From positions 18,601,272 through 18,650,946 of the forward strand of contig NC_068991.1 in assembly GCF_001194135.2 (NCBI RefSeq): DNA of 49,675 nucleotides, given 5' to 3'. Source of the stretch: Octopus bimaculoides (Eukaryota). The notes beneath the pieces were generated by a model. It searched no databases. It had not been told where the DNA came from and was given only the letters and a program-made list of their open reading frames with translations. The stretch's first letter is position 1, and the number at the start of each line of letters is the position of its first letter. Shown in pieces: positions 24,226 through 36,214 of the stretch. The translations under genes were made by a program, and so were the position numbers.

Positions 24226-25869
24226 TCAAAAACAACATCTACGTTTTTTTTTTCTTTCTTGTTAAGATAATCAAGGTGTAATTCAAGACAGGCTTGCCTG
24301 CTATTTCTTGCAATCCTACAAAAGATGTCCTGTTTGCTCAGCCAGGATTTTGTATAAAATAAATACTGCGTTGATTACACTAAATTAATGATGTTTGTTT
24401 ACTTCTCTCTTGACTCTCTCTGTGATTGCAATAATCAAATCATAAACTGAAGATTTTCTTTGAAATCATGAATAAGATTATTGGATGTGGTACGGTGGGG
24501 TAGGAAGGAATAATGTAAACAGAAATATAGGGCTTGTGAAAATAATTTGGGTCAAAGATTTGCTGACTTTGTAATGTTAAGTGCTTGACCTAAGTAAATG
24601 TTTCTCTCAATAAATTAGAGGGCTTAATGTCCATCTATTTTGTTTCTTTGTTTTCACTTTGCTGGTTTTTTTTGTTGTTGTTGTTTCTTTTCTGTGCCAG
24701 TATGTATATTTGTCTGGTAGTCTGTCTCTTAGTGTGTGTGTGTATGTGTGAGTGAACACACATCTATCTTTCTCTTTGAGTATGTGTGTGAGTACACCTA
24801 TCTGTTCATCCAGTCCTCCATCGATATAAATGTGCGTGTGTGTGCATGCATGTGTGTGCATATGTGAGTGTGAATGTGTGTGTATGTTAGTGTGTGTGTG
24901 TGTGTATGTCTGTCGATCCAGCCATCAATACACTACACACATACACATACATATGTACATGCATACATACATGCATACATACATACATACATACATACAT
25001 ACATACATACATACACACATACATACATGCACACACATTCTTGTACAGTACTAAAACCCGTGTCAACACACAAATTCATGTCAAATCAAAGTATTTAAAC
25101 TTTATAAAACTACTGACCCTGACATTATGTTTTGCATTACCCTCATGAAGTGGGCCTTAGAGTTAGCCACTACCCTCACCACAATCTTCAGTCCCTCCCC
25201 CCATCTCTCTCTCTCACACACACACAGTCTGTTTCCAATCTTTGGAAACCAGCGATACTGTGTTGCATTCCCCCAAGGATAACAATCCCTCTGGCTCATT
25301 TCATCATATTCACACTTCTAACATATCAAAGGTGATAAGAGGTAACCATTCACCCTTTTCTTACCTCATTTTTGTTGAAATATATTGCGTTTGTTTCAGT
25401 TAATTTTCGAAATAATGAAGAATTTAGCAAAATTAATTCCTCATTACTAAACTTGTACTTAGAACATATCATGAAATTTTGATGCAAGGTTTAATTTCTA
25501 TCACTTTAATCCTTTTGAAACCGCCTCTGGCTCTGTAGTACAAATGTCTCCTCTCTCTGCTTTTTCTACTGCTACTACAATGGCCTCTGCTTCTCAAAAC
25601 TAGCTGCTCTCATTCCACCTCTGCTTAAGCACTCCCATCTCAAAATGTCTCCTTCTATTTTTAGGCTTCACACCAACTACCCCTAATCTTGTTCTTCATA
25701 TGATGTCAACTCTTTGAAATTCTCTCCCAGTAAACATCTTTCTAGTGATTATCAACCTGCAACATTTTAAAGTATAATGGCAATTGCACCAGACCATGGG
25801 CACATGTGTTATCCTTCAGACTTTACTTATAAATTTACCCTTGACATAATCTGTCCTGAGTCCTAGGAC

Positions 25870-26120
25870 TCTTAAGGCCAAAGCTTAATCCAGTTACTAT
25901 AGCATATAAGTGACTGAAATCATAACACTCTTCCTTGAATGGGACCCTGGCCATCGCAGGGTTAACTTCCCAGATATTGTTGGAACACATTTATGGCTGA
26001 GTAGACTGGAGTAATGTGACATGAAACATTTTGCTCAACAGTATAATGCACCACCAGGGCCAGGAATTGAAATCACAATGTTACAGTCATGAGTGCAGCA
26101 CTCTAACTATTAAGTCATGT
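25870..26120 (-). mobile_element. SINE family D variant (CCTGCGATGG-type tail)
   Basis: CCATCGCAGGGTTAAC...GCTGAGTAGACTGGAGTAATG...GGAATTGAAATC. Confidence 0.65.
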
Positions 26121-26392
26121 GAATTCACTATAGATAGTTCTGAGGATATAAACTTGTTCAGAGCCTTATATTAATCTTGTTGGTCACATCAAATATTTTT
26201 TTCATTCCCTAGTCAGAGGAGCAAGAGTAGTGATCATGGGGCCAGGGTGTATTTTAGGCATTTATGACTGGTGGCTTGAAAGGGAAAGGTTATATTTGGA
26301 TAAGCTATTCTGGTCCTTGGGCTTGCAACAAAGTGGTTGGACCAACAGATCTCATGGCCCAGATGCTACCATTAAACTGGGTGCTAGACAAA

Positions 26393-26722
26393 GTGGCACA
26401 TGGCTCAGTGGTTAGAGCATCGGACATACAATTGTGAGGTTGTGAGTTTGATTCCGGGACTGGGCTGTGAGTTGTGTTCTTGAGCAAGACACTTTATTTC
26501 ACATTGCTCCAGTTCACTCAGCTGTAGAAATGAGTTGTGATGTCGCTGGTGCCAAGCTGTATTGACCTTTCTCTTGGACAACATCGATGATGGAGAGAAA
26601 AGATTGGTGTGTGTGTGTGTGTGGGGGGTCTACTGGTATTCCACAAATAACCTTGCTCAGACTTGTGCCTTGGAGGGGAACATTTTAGGTGCAATCCCAT
26701 GGTCATTTGTGACCATGGGATT
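26393..26722 (+). mobile_element. SINE family D variant with a different tail ending in a stem-loop
   Basis: A box TGGCTCAGTGG, B box GTTTGATTCC, CORE-like TTCTTGAGCAAGACACTTTATTTCACATTGCTCCAG. Confidence 0.8.
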
Positions 26723-27059
26723 TTAGACAAAGTTTATCAACCAAGAACTCTTTTAGACAAAGTGTATCAACCAAGAACAGAGTAAATCCTTTCAACAGAC
26801 TTTCACACAGTTCTTTTTTTATCAAATTTCATCCACAAAGCTTTGATAGATATTTGCCCCAAATGCTGTGTGGTAGGATTGAACTGGAAACCATGTAGTT
26901 GTAAAGAGAACTTCTTAAACATGCAGCCATGCCTGTGTGGGTTAGACTTACCTGTTAGACCTGTATGCTGTACAGAATGAATAATTCATTGTAATTAGCA
27001 AACTACTCAGAGTTTTTTAGAGTAGTTTGCAAACAAGATTGAGACACACACACACATGC

Positions 27060-27064
27060 ACACA

Positions 27065-27146
<82 letters not shown>

Positions 27147-27521
27147 GAGTGAGAGAGGGAGATTGACTCATGCAAACAGACACACAGATACATATATGCA
27201 TACACATTGATAAAAGTGTTAGGTGTATAAAAGTATATATTTTTGTATAACCAAAAGTGTATACAGATACATATGTATATATGTTTGTTTGTCTGAGCTT
27301 TAATTTGTTTTAGCTGTAATAGCTTAGATCAGGCCAGTGCACCGCCTTCTTATGTGTATTCATGTTTCTGTTTGTCTGTCTGTCAGCTTTTCTGTCTGTC
27401 TATCTCTTTATTGTCTTTTTACCTGTCTATCTATAAGAAAGTTATCTATCTATCTATCTATCTATCTACATGTATATACCTACTTATCTATCTATCTATC
27501 TACATGTATATACCTACTTAT

Positions 27522-27566
<45 letters not shown>

Positions 27567-28039
27567 ATGATTCTATAAAACGTTTAAAATTTTGTAAGCA
27601 GAGAGTTACGTTTCTTGCATAAATAAAAGAAATTTTATTTAACAAATTGTGACACTAAGGACCGAGGTTACCGTGGTCTTTTCTGTAGGTTTTTCTTTCC
27701 ACGGATAACCTCCCTATTTATTGGGAAATTTTTGTAATACTTTCATTTTTTTTTGTACATACCCCAAACGTTTTCTCGATGCTGTTTCATCGTTATCTCC
27801 ATTTTAATTTTTTACTTTATTTTCGTCCCCATCGAAAAGAAAAACTCTATATTTGTATTTTGTCCCCTCTATGTTGAGCCCTGTGTGGCTAATAAAAGAA
27901 ATGTATCTATCTATCTATCTATCTGTCTGGCTGTCTGCCTGCCTGCCTGTCTGTCTGTCTGTCTAAATACCTGTCTATCTATCTCTCTCTCTCTATCTAT
28001 CTATCCATCTATCTATCTGTCTGTCTGTCTATCTATCTA

Positions 28040-28076
<37 letters not shown>

Positions 28077-28110
28077 TTATACCTGTCTGGCTATCTGTCT
28101 GTCTGCTTTT
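27060..28110. repeat. Microsatellite cluster: (GA)n at about 27068-27142, (TCTA)n and (TCTG)n at about 27440-27570 and 27900-28100
   Basis: Direct reading. Confidence 0.85.
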
Positions 28111-28856
28111 TTATGTGTATCTGCCTACCAGTATATAGCCACACATATAAACAAGGTAGTAAATGTACTTATTCATAAAATACCTATCTATGAACATACA
28201 CTTCTGCTTACCTACACATCAGCAAATATGCATACACACCTTCTATGTGCATACACTTATATACACACACGTGTGTATACATATACATACATACATACAT
28301 ACAAGTGTGCATATATATATATATGCACACATATATACAGACAGTTACTACACAATACACTCAAGTCTTTAATTATTCCTTATGGTCAGGCATTCCTCTG
28401 TTCATCTCCCTCACCTCACCTTTCTTCTTCAGTCTCTCACTACTCCTTCTTCTTCCTCCTTACCCTGTTGTTATCTCTCTCTCTCTCTCTCTCTGTCTTC
28501 CTCCAGGCCTCCATCACTTATCATACCACCACTACCACCACTACCACCACTACCACCACTACCACCATCAGGTAAATCTACCCTAAATACCACTTATATG
28601 ACATACAAATAACCACTTTCATCACCACCCCACTCCCTTAGTTTTACATACCTGTACACACACACACACACACACACACACGTGTGTATGAGTGTGCAAC
28701 ATATAGAGTTCTTAAATGACTAAAATGACACTTCAATGATGTAATTGTGTGAATGTATGTATGTATATACGTATGTATACAAGTATGTAAGTATGTATGT
28801 GTGTGTGTGTGTGTGCATGTATATACACATATGTTTATCATCATCATCATACATAT

Positions 28857-28900
<44 letters not shown>

Positions 28901-29266
28901 NNNNNNNNNNNNNNNNNNNNNNNNNNNNNNNNNNNNNNNNNNNNNNNNNNNNNNNNNNNNNNNNNNNNNNNNNNNNNNNNNNNNNNNNNNNNNNNNNNNN
29001 NNNNNNNNNNNNNNNNNNNNNNNNNNNNNNNNNNNNNNNNNNNNNNNNNNNNNNNNNNNNNNNNNNNNNNNNNNNNNNNNNNNNNNNNNNNNNNNNNNNN
29101 NNNNNNNNNNNNNNNNNNNNNNNNNNNNNNNNNNNNNNNNNNNNNNNNNNNNNNNNNNNNNNNNNNNNNNNNNNNNNNNNNNNNNNNNNNNNNNNNNNNN
29201 NNNNNNNNNNNNNNNNNNNNNNNNNNNNNNNNNNNNNNNNNNNNNNNNNNNNNNNNNNNNNNNNNN
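28901..29266. other. Assembly gap (N run) inside (TA)n
   Basis: N bases. Confidence 1.
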
Positions 29267-29469
29267 TATATATATATATATATATATGTTTCTGTATGAG
29301 TTAGAGGTTGGGAAACCAATCAACTAAGGGATAGTACCTATCCAATATACTGCTGGTAGTAGTGTACCCAATTATTCATACCCAAGTGCTAGTTATTGCG
29401 TGGCAAGCTCGCAATTGAGTGTTATATATGGGCGAGGGTAAAAGGTGGTTTACCCTTAATTTATATGGC

Positions 29470-30114
29470 AAACAAGAAAATGGAGAGGATACAAAAACGA
29501 CACACATCAGCTGGTAGACATTCTAGTATGTCTATCAATTCCAATGTATTAGAATGTATTAGGTGAATACATACACATGTATTGACCATGTATTACATAC
29601 ACATGCAGTAATATTACAGAAAAGAGCAAAAGATCAGATTGTCAGTAGGTACTAAGTTTCTTATGGCCGTTTCTGCCTAGAGGTTAATACATATAATACA
29701 TATAAGAAACAGTTAACAATAAGTATAGTGGGTTTGTCTTTTTTAACACTATACCTATTGTTAACTGTTTCTTATATGTATTAGCCCTCCCAACCACTTA
29801 GACCCTCTGAAGAAACCTAGGGGCACATTCATCATCCAAACTTTATCTGCCCATCCCTAGAGAACACAGAAGAAACGGAGACGACATGGAGGATCTCATT
29901 GCCTCTTGGCAGAAACGGCTGTAAGGAACTAGAACCTACTGACAATCTGATCTTTTGTTCTTTTCTTTAATATTAGTACATGTGTATGTAATACATGGTC
30001 AATACATGTGTATGTATTCATCTAATACATTCTAATACATTGGAATAAATAGACATACTAGAATGTCTACGAGCTGATGTATATCGTTTTTGTATCCTCT
30101 CCATTTTCTTATTT
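29470..30114. repeat. Foldback element: about 214-bp inverted arms with a nested 36-bp hairpin
   Basis: Arms 29470-29683 and 29902-30114, about 17 differences by manual alignment; inner IR 29695-29730/29747-29782 with 1 mismatch. Confidence 0.9.
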
Positions 30115-30262
30115 ATCGCTCAGAGATTTAATATAGCTTATTTCTCCTTATATATATATCAGAGTAAGCACATAAATGTGAAACAAGGCAGGAAAAAATA
30201 GTACTCGAATACCAGAGGTAGAGTAATATGCTTTATTATTAAAGCTGCGAAAACATCGCAGA

Positions 30263-30306
30263 AAAACTGCTACTCAGAGTTTCACGTTCCCATTCATCAG
30301 ACAGTT
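30263..30306 (-). ncRNA. Type I minimal hammerhead ribozyme motif (Penelope-type)
   Basis: Minus strand AACTGT-CTGATGA-ATG[GGAA]CGT-GAAA-CTC[T]GAG-TA-GCAGTT: intact CUGANGA and GAAA core, 6-bp stem I, 3-bp stem II with GNRA loop, palindromic stem III, GUA cleavage triplet. Confidence 0.8.
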
Positions 30307-30321
30307 GTGATTCTGAATTAC

Positions 30322-30361
30322 AACTGTCCGGCAAATGACAATGTGAAACTCTGAGTAGCAG
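30322..30361 (+). ncRNA. Degenerate hammerhead motif (inverted partner)
   Basis: AACTGT-CCGGCAA-ATGACAATGT-GAAACTCTGAGTA-GCAG: stems I and III kept, catalytic box mutated. Confidence 0.55.
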
Positions 30362-31076
30362 GTTGTTTTTTTGTGATGTTTTTTGCAGTTTTAATAATAA
30401 AGTATATACTAATGCAAAAAAATCTTGTACATGACTGCATAACTACGTACACTCACATGCACACGTGTTCTCCTTTCTCTCTCCCTCTTTCTCCCTGTAA
30501 TTTTCATACACATACACACACACAAATATACTGTATGCATGCGTGCAAACACACACTTTATGTAACACATTCAAAGAGACACATAACTCAATGTATATAC
30601 ATACGCAAATACTGGAATACATACACATACTCATAGAAGTACACAAATACAGTAACAAAAGATCGAAACAACAATACATGCATTCTACCTACATAAGTGA
30701 AACGCATACACAAAGTATACACTTACATACTTATGCACATGTATACACATAACCCACACACATGCATAAACAAACATAAACACACACACAAGTATTTGCT
30801 ACATCTAAACACACACATGCACACAATAACACACACACACACACACACACACATACATACACCTGTCATCACATTCAAAATAAGCCTCTAAGTGGTTGTT
30901 CCACTTGCTAAAAATAGGAGACAAATCTCCTTCAGGTTTTGCTTTACCGTCTTAAAAAATAAGGAAGTATCTATTCGATAATGATAGTCGATGATTTCCA
31001 ATAAGGCAGGATAGCCACAGTTGGAATGCTCTGCTCAAAAAAAGGTCTGATCTTGGGCTAAGCAAGAACAACATTG

Positions 31077-31225
31077 GCACAGCTGTGTGGTTAAGAAGAT
31101 GACTCTGCAAAAACAAGATTAGTGGGTTCAATCCCATTGCACAACAATCAGGGCAGAGTGTCTTCGGCCCAAAGCTTTATGAGTAAATTAGGCAAACGGA
31201 AATTGTGTGGAAGCCTTGTTATATA
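31077..31225 (+). mobile_element. SINE family A highly decayed head and core
   Basis: GCTGTGTGGTTAAGAAG...GGGTTCAATCCC...AAACGGAAATTGTGTGGAAGCC. Confidence 0.6.
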
Positions 31226-31289
31226 CACACACACACTACCAGATACACCCCCCTCTCTTCTAAACACCAAAACCACTCACTGCTACCAC

Positions 31290-31905
31290 TACTAACACTA
31301 CTACTACTACCACGACCACACCAGCGCTATACTACTACCACCACCACCACCACCACTACCATCACTACTACTACTAACTACAACACACTATTTCAACCTT
31401 CACTATCACCTTCAGAATTACTACCACCCCACCACCACAACCTCACTACCAATGCTACCTCCATAGCCTTTACTAGTGTCACAGTCACCACTGCCTCTAC
31501 TACTACTACTACTACTACTGCTACTACTATCATCACCATCACTATTAGCATAACTGTAACCTTTACAGTTATCACCACCACCACCACCACCAGCATTACC
31601 ACACCGTCGAGCTTCAACGTGGTCCTATCATTTGCTAGCAATAGAAGCTAAAAACCACATTCTCAAAGATCCCCCTGTCTTAAGGAAAGAACACGTCGGG
31701 TAAATGTAGTTCTGAGCTTTATGCGCATGCGATGGAAAAGACGGGACAGTCACGGCTGGAATGCTGATACGGGACAAGGCTATCACAAACTATAACCACC
31801 ACCACCACCACTACCACCATCGTCTCTAATAGCCATAGCCACAACCACTACGACGACGACGACCACCACCACCACCACCACCACTACTACTACTATCAGC
31901 ATCAA
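31290..31905. repeat. (ACT)/(ACC)/(ACG) trinucleotide tracts (31290-31600, 31795-31905)
   Basis: Direct reading. Confidence 0.85.
31690..31780. promoter_or_regulatory. Candidate Pol II promoter (NRF1-like and ZNF143/THAP11-like motifs, CpG-enriched)
   Basis: TGCGCATGCG at 31722-31731; minus-strand ACTACATTTACCCG (plus 31697-31710) resembles ACTACAnnTCCC; several CpGs in unique sequence. Confidence 0.4.
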
Positions 31906-32307
31906 AACAAAACTAACACATACGTACCCACCATTAATAGATACGCATACATCTAACACTAGAGTAACTAACACAACACACTTGACAAAAGCAATAAAGG
32001 AAACAATGGACCTGTCGTGCCCCTCCCACTCCTTCCTTCCACCCCTACTCTTACTCTCTCCCTCTCTTTACTCCTTCTTCCCCACTCCACCTAAACCAGT
32101 CGGTAGTCGTGTTAGGTGGCTGGCTGGCTGGCTGGTTGGTGGGTGGGTGATTGTCCAGTTTGAAATATCTGAAATACCAAGACTTTATAAAGGTGTTGAC
32201 TACTGCAATGGTGTGGTGGATGTAAGAACAGAGACATTCCACACATGTCAACAACTGGTGATGGTTGTAGAGACAGCAGCAGGGTGTGAAGGGACATAGG
32301 TAGAGGA

Positions 32308-32338
<31 letters not shown>

Positions 32339-32604
32339 GGGAACGAAGAGCAAGACCGCAGGTAAGGGAAAGAATAAAAGCGAAGAGGAAAAGTAAAAAA
32401 TGAGTAAAAGTGGAGAGGTGGTGGTGGGAGGAAATCTAGTGAAAGCAGGGTGGCGAAAGAGGAAGAATAAAGAGGAAGATGAAAGTAGGAGGGAAATAAA
32501 AGAAGGGAAAAGAAAAACTAGAAATAAGGACGGAGGGATAGTGGAAAAAGGTAGAGACAGACGGAGCAAACAGAGAGGGGAAATAAAGAGAAGGAAATAT
32601 ATAA

Positions 32605-32677
32605 NNNNNNNNNNNNNNNNNNNNNNNNNNNNNNNNNNNNNNNNNNNNNNNNNNNNNNNNNNNNNNNNNNNNNNNNN
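32605..32677. other. Assembly gap (N run)
   Basis: N bases before (GA)n. Confidence 1.
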
Positions 32678-34058
32678 AGAGAGAGAGAGAGAGAGAGGAG
32701 GTGGAATAAGGATGGTGAGAGAGAAAAGTCGTGAAAAAAGGAGTAGATAGGCAAAGGAAAAGAAATAATGAAGAGAGAAAGGCAGTGAGTGTGAGAAAAG
32801 AGGAGGGAGATAAGATCGGTTAAAGATAGGGAGAAAGATAGGGAGAAAGAGAAGCAGAGAAAGAGAGAAGGGGGAAGGGTGGTGAAAGAGAGACGTTTAA
32901 CAAAAAAGAAACAGACGTGAATAACAGAGCAGAAGTGAACGGTGAAGAAAAAGTAATAGGATGGGTAAGAGGAGAAGACTTAAGATGTATCGTTATAAGT
33001 ACGAAAGATGTTGGTCGTATAAGGAAGTGTTGGATGTTCAAAGTAGACAACCTGAAGAAGAGCGGGAGTGCAAAATACTTGAGCCTAAGACCGAGACTGA
33101 GGTTGAAGTGTTGTTCAAGTAGAGTGAAATGTTGGTGAACAAATCTTGATGATGGTGAAAGAAATTGGTGTGTAAAATAGTTGCATTAGGGTTTCTCACG
33201 ACTATTATTTTCATACCAAGTTTCCATACACAGCTCTTCTTCCTTGGTTCCTCTCATCTTTCACTCAACTCCCCTCTCGTATCAACGCGCCTTCTTTACT
33301 ATCATTCTGCCTCTCTCCCATTACGTTGCCTGTGTTACGAAGGACGGTATCATATTTGATCTGTCATCAATTCATTCTGTATTGCTAGCCATCTCTTTCC
33401 CTCTCTCTCTGTCTCTCTCCTCACTACTTCCTCCACTATAACTCATCATTGACATTCATTATCCAACAAACACTCTTACCAACACACACCTTCATTGCTA
33501 CCTATCAGACTCTCTAACTCACACTCACATACACACATTACTCCTGCATTTATCATTGTTGACAACTAATGTATTCTCTCCTTTCTCAAGTATCCTTTCC
33601 CTGTCATTCGCTTCCGACCAGTACTTCCTCTTCTGTCATCCAGCCTCCCTTTTAACACCGTCTTCTTCCTCTCAGACAGTTCATGATGGTCCTATTGAAT
33701 CACTTTACCAATAATCCTCATATAGCCGCCTTGTACCCACCTCTCTCTTTCTCTCTCTCTCTTTCTCTCTCTCTCTTTCTCTCTTCCTTCACTCTTTCTT
33801 CTGTCACATGGTCACTCCTGTTGATCTGATTTTCTTCCATCACTCCCACTCTGTCACTTTCTCGCTCAATTCATCTGTCATTACTCTTTCTTCTACTTAC
33901 TGTGTACGAGACGACCAGCCCTGATACTGCTAAACACATAAACGAATGAGACAACGTGGCTTAGAGAGAATCTTCTTGTCTTGCCGAGGACGCGGTAAGT
34001 TGTCTAGTTCTGGTACTGCGATACGACACGCTCAATACACTTAGTACAAAGAAGTTGG

Positions 34059-35430
34059 GGATCTAGTTTTTTTTCATTCGCAAAATATGCATTTTTTAAA
34101 AGGGAGTAAAAAATCTGAAAATCGGTTATAATAATGTAGCCTTCCAGTCTCATTGCTTTGAAGGTTTGATGTTGTGGAGAAAAAAAGAATTGGGGAAGAA
34201 ATTACGGAGGTTTAAAAATCGTAAAAACTGAGTATTTTTAGCCAATAGCGAGATAGAACTTTTCTGCGTTTAGCGGAGCCTTGTCAACTTTAAGGCTGTA
34301 CCCGGTGAAATTTATACTTTAGCGTCTGACCTGTTCATTGTAGGTTTCTAAATAAACAGAAATATCTAATAAAATCAACATGTATCATCTTACTGTTTCT
34401 TTTGTCTCGTCATTGATTGTATGTTTTTATCATTTATTATATTGATATATTTGTCTGCATGTGTTCACTTGATGCATATTTCAGTATTATGTATACCTGC
34501 CATGTGTTTATGTACATCATTAATATATACGTGCATGTGTGTGTGTGTGTGTGAAAAGGGGGGTGTCTGTTTCCAAAACTCCAAAGTTGAGTAACATTTT
34601 CATGCTTGGACTTGTAAACTATGATAAGAATAACACTGGTCAACAAAGAATTTGTCCCAAGGAAAAGAATACTTGTATCTTATATGTTTTTGCATGCAGA
34701 ATTCAAAAATAATCTTTTCTACTCTAGGCACAAGGCCCGAAATTTTGGTGGGGTCAGTCGATTAGATTGACCACAGTACGCAACTGGTGCTTAATCTATC
34801 GATCCCGAAATGGTGAAAGGCAAAGTTGACCTCGGTGGAAATAATCAAAAAATAATGTCAAATTATATGTATCACCCACAGTTTTTCTGTTCCACGATAT
34901 CCCTCTTGGTTCCTGTTACGTGGACTAGATTTCAGCTAAGCTGTTGAAATGTGAAGCTAACGGTTTAAGAAAGACTCTTAATTTAATTTTTTATGAATAG
35001 AATTAACGAAGTGAAATCATAAATCCAGCTATCTGAGTCAATGAGTCCCCAAAATAAATGAAATGAAAAGTATGCAAAAATACTAACACACAGAAGCACA
35101 GAAAAATTAAAACAAAACACGCGGATGAAAAGAATCTCGTGGTGTGAAGAATCAAGTGGGGAAAATCAACATAGACAACAGCAGCACATACAACAGTGTA
35201 CTACGACACAGCGTGCGGTTGTCATGGTAGCAAGCTGCTAACGCCACGCTGTCTGTTGATTGGCTAAAATTACCCAAATTTCCCAACCTTAATTCCAAAT
35301 AACATGAGATTCTTTAATTTACGAGATAAAGTAATTGGTTGACGGTAATCAAAATTCAGAGTTGCACTGATACACCAAAATTGAGCAAAATTAAGTAGGG
35401 CTCATTTTGCAAATGAGAAAGACTAGATCC
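34059..35430. mobile_element. Non-autonomous TIR-bounded element, superfamily unassigned, inserted in the Penelope-like ORF
   Basis: GGATCTAGTTTTTTTTCATTCGCAAAAT ... ATTTTGCAAATGAGAAAGACTAGATCC imperfect inverted ends; inverted subterminal TTTTAGCCAAT / ATTGGCTAAAA. Confidence 0.65.
34714..34840 (-). mobile_element. SINE family E (Nin-like) 3' part
   Basis: TTTCTACTCTAGGCACAAGGCCCGAAATTTT...GAAAGGCAAAGTTGACCTCGG. Confidence 0.8.
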
Positions 35431-36214
35431 GGCGTTGGAGAAAAAAAATGAGGCGTGTGGAAGCATCTAACTGTAGAAACCATGCAAAAAATGAAATGTA
35501 CAAGGCGTGGTCATCTGACCCATCTAGCAAAGGATAACTCCCGAAGTAACCAATAAATTCGGTATCAGAACGAATTAGAGTCCATCATCCAGTAAGGACA
35601 CAGAATCAGTCGCAGCCGACACTTTTAGACTTATATAAGAATAGTTAAATTCAGGAGAATCTGAAAACATTTCCAATAAATAAATGAATAAATAGTCTAA
35701 AATGGAACACGGTCGACGTTCTAAAGATCGTCGAAAATGTGCACATTTCAGCTGATAAGACGAAAGACCTTTACGATAAAGACTCTTATCTAACAGCAAT
35801 ATCATTATATACACATACATTCATTTCATTTCATACGTACACACACACATACATACATACATAATACATACATACATACATGCATGCATACATACATACA
35901 TACATACATACATACATACATACATACATACATGCACACACACATATACACACATACATACATACTTACCTACAATTTGTGGGTAACAGGATGTCGATAT
36001 GTCGAACATACGAGAATACGTACTAGAATTTATGTCTAAACTTTAGACTAAGTGCAAGAATGTGATTGCTGCATGAAGATTAGCTATAGACAATGTACCG
36101 ATCGAACTGATACGTGTATATCAGAACCAAAGCACCAGGTATCAAGAGTTGATACGTGTTGACTACCCGCGTATGATGTTTTTGCTCTGTTTTATACACA
36201 CACACGCACACACA

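Noticed and set aside
29805-29880. CTGAAGA...GAAAC in the foldback spacer
   Set aside because: The helix CTAGGG/CCCTAG is not adjacent to the core nucleotides, so this is not a valid hammerhead
31205-31651. 148-aa Thr-rich mucin-like ORF
   Set aside because: Explained by ACT/ACC trinucleotide repeats
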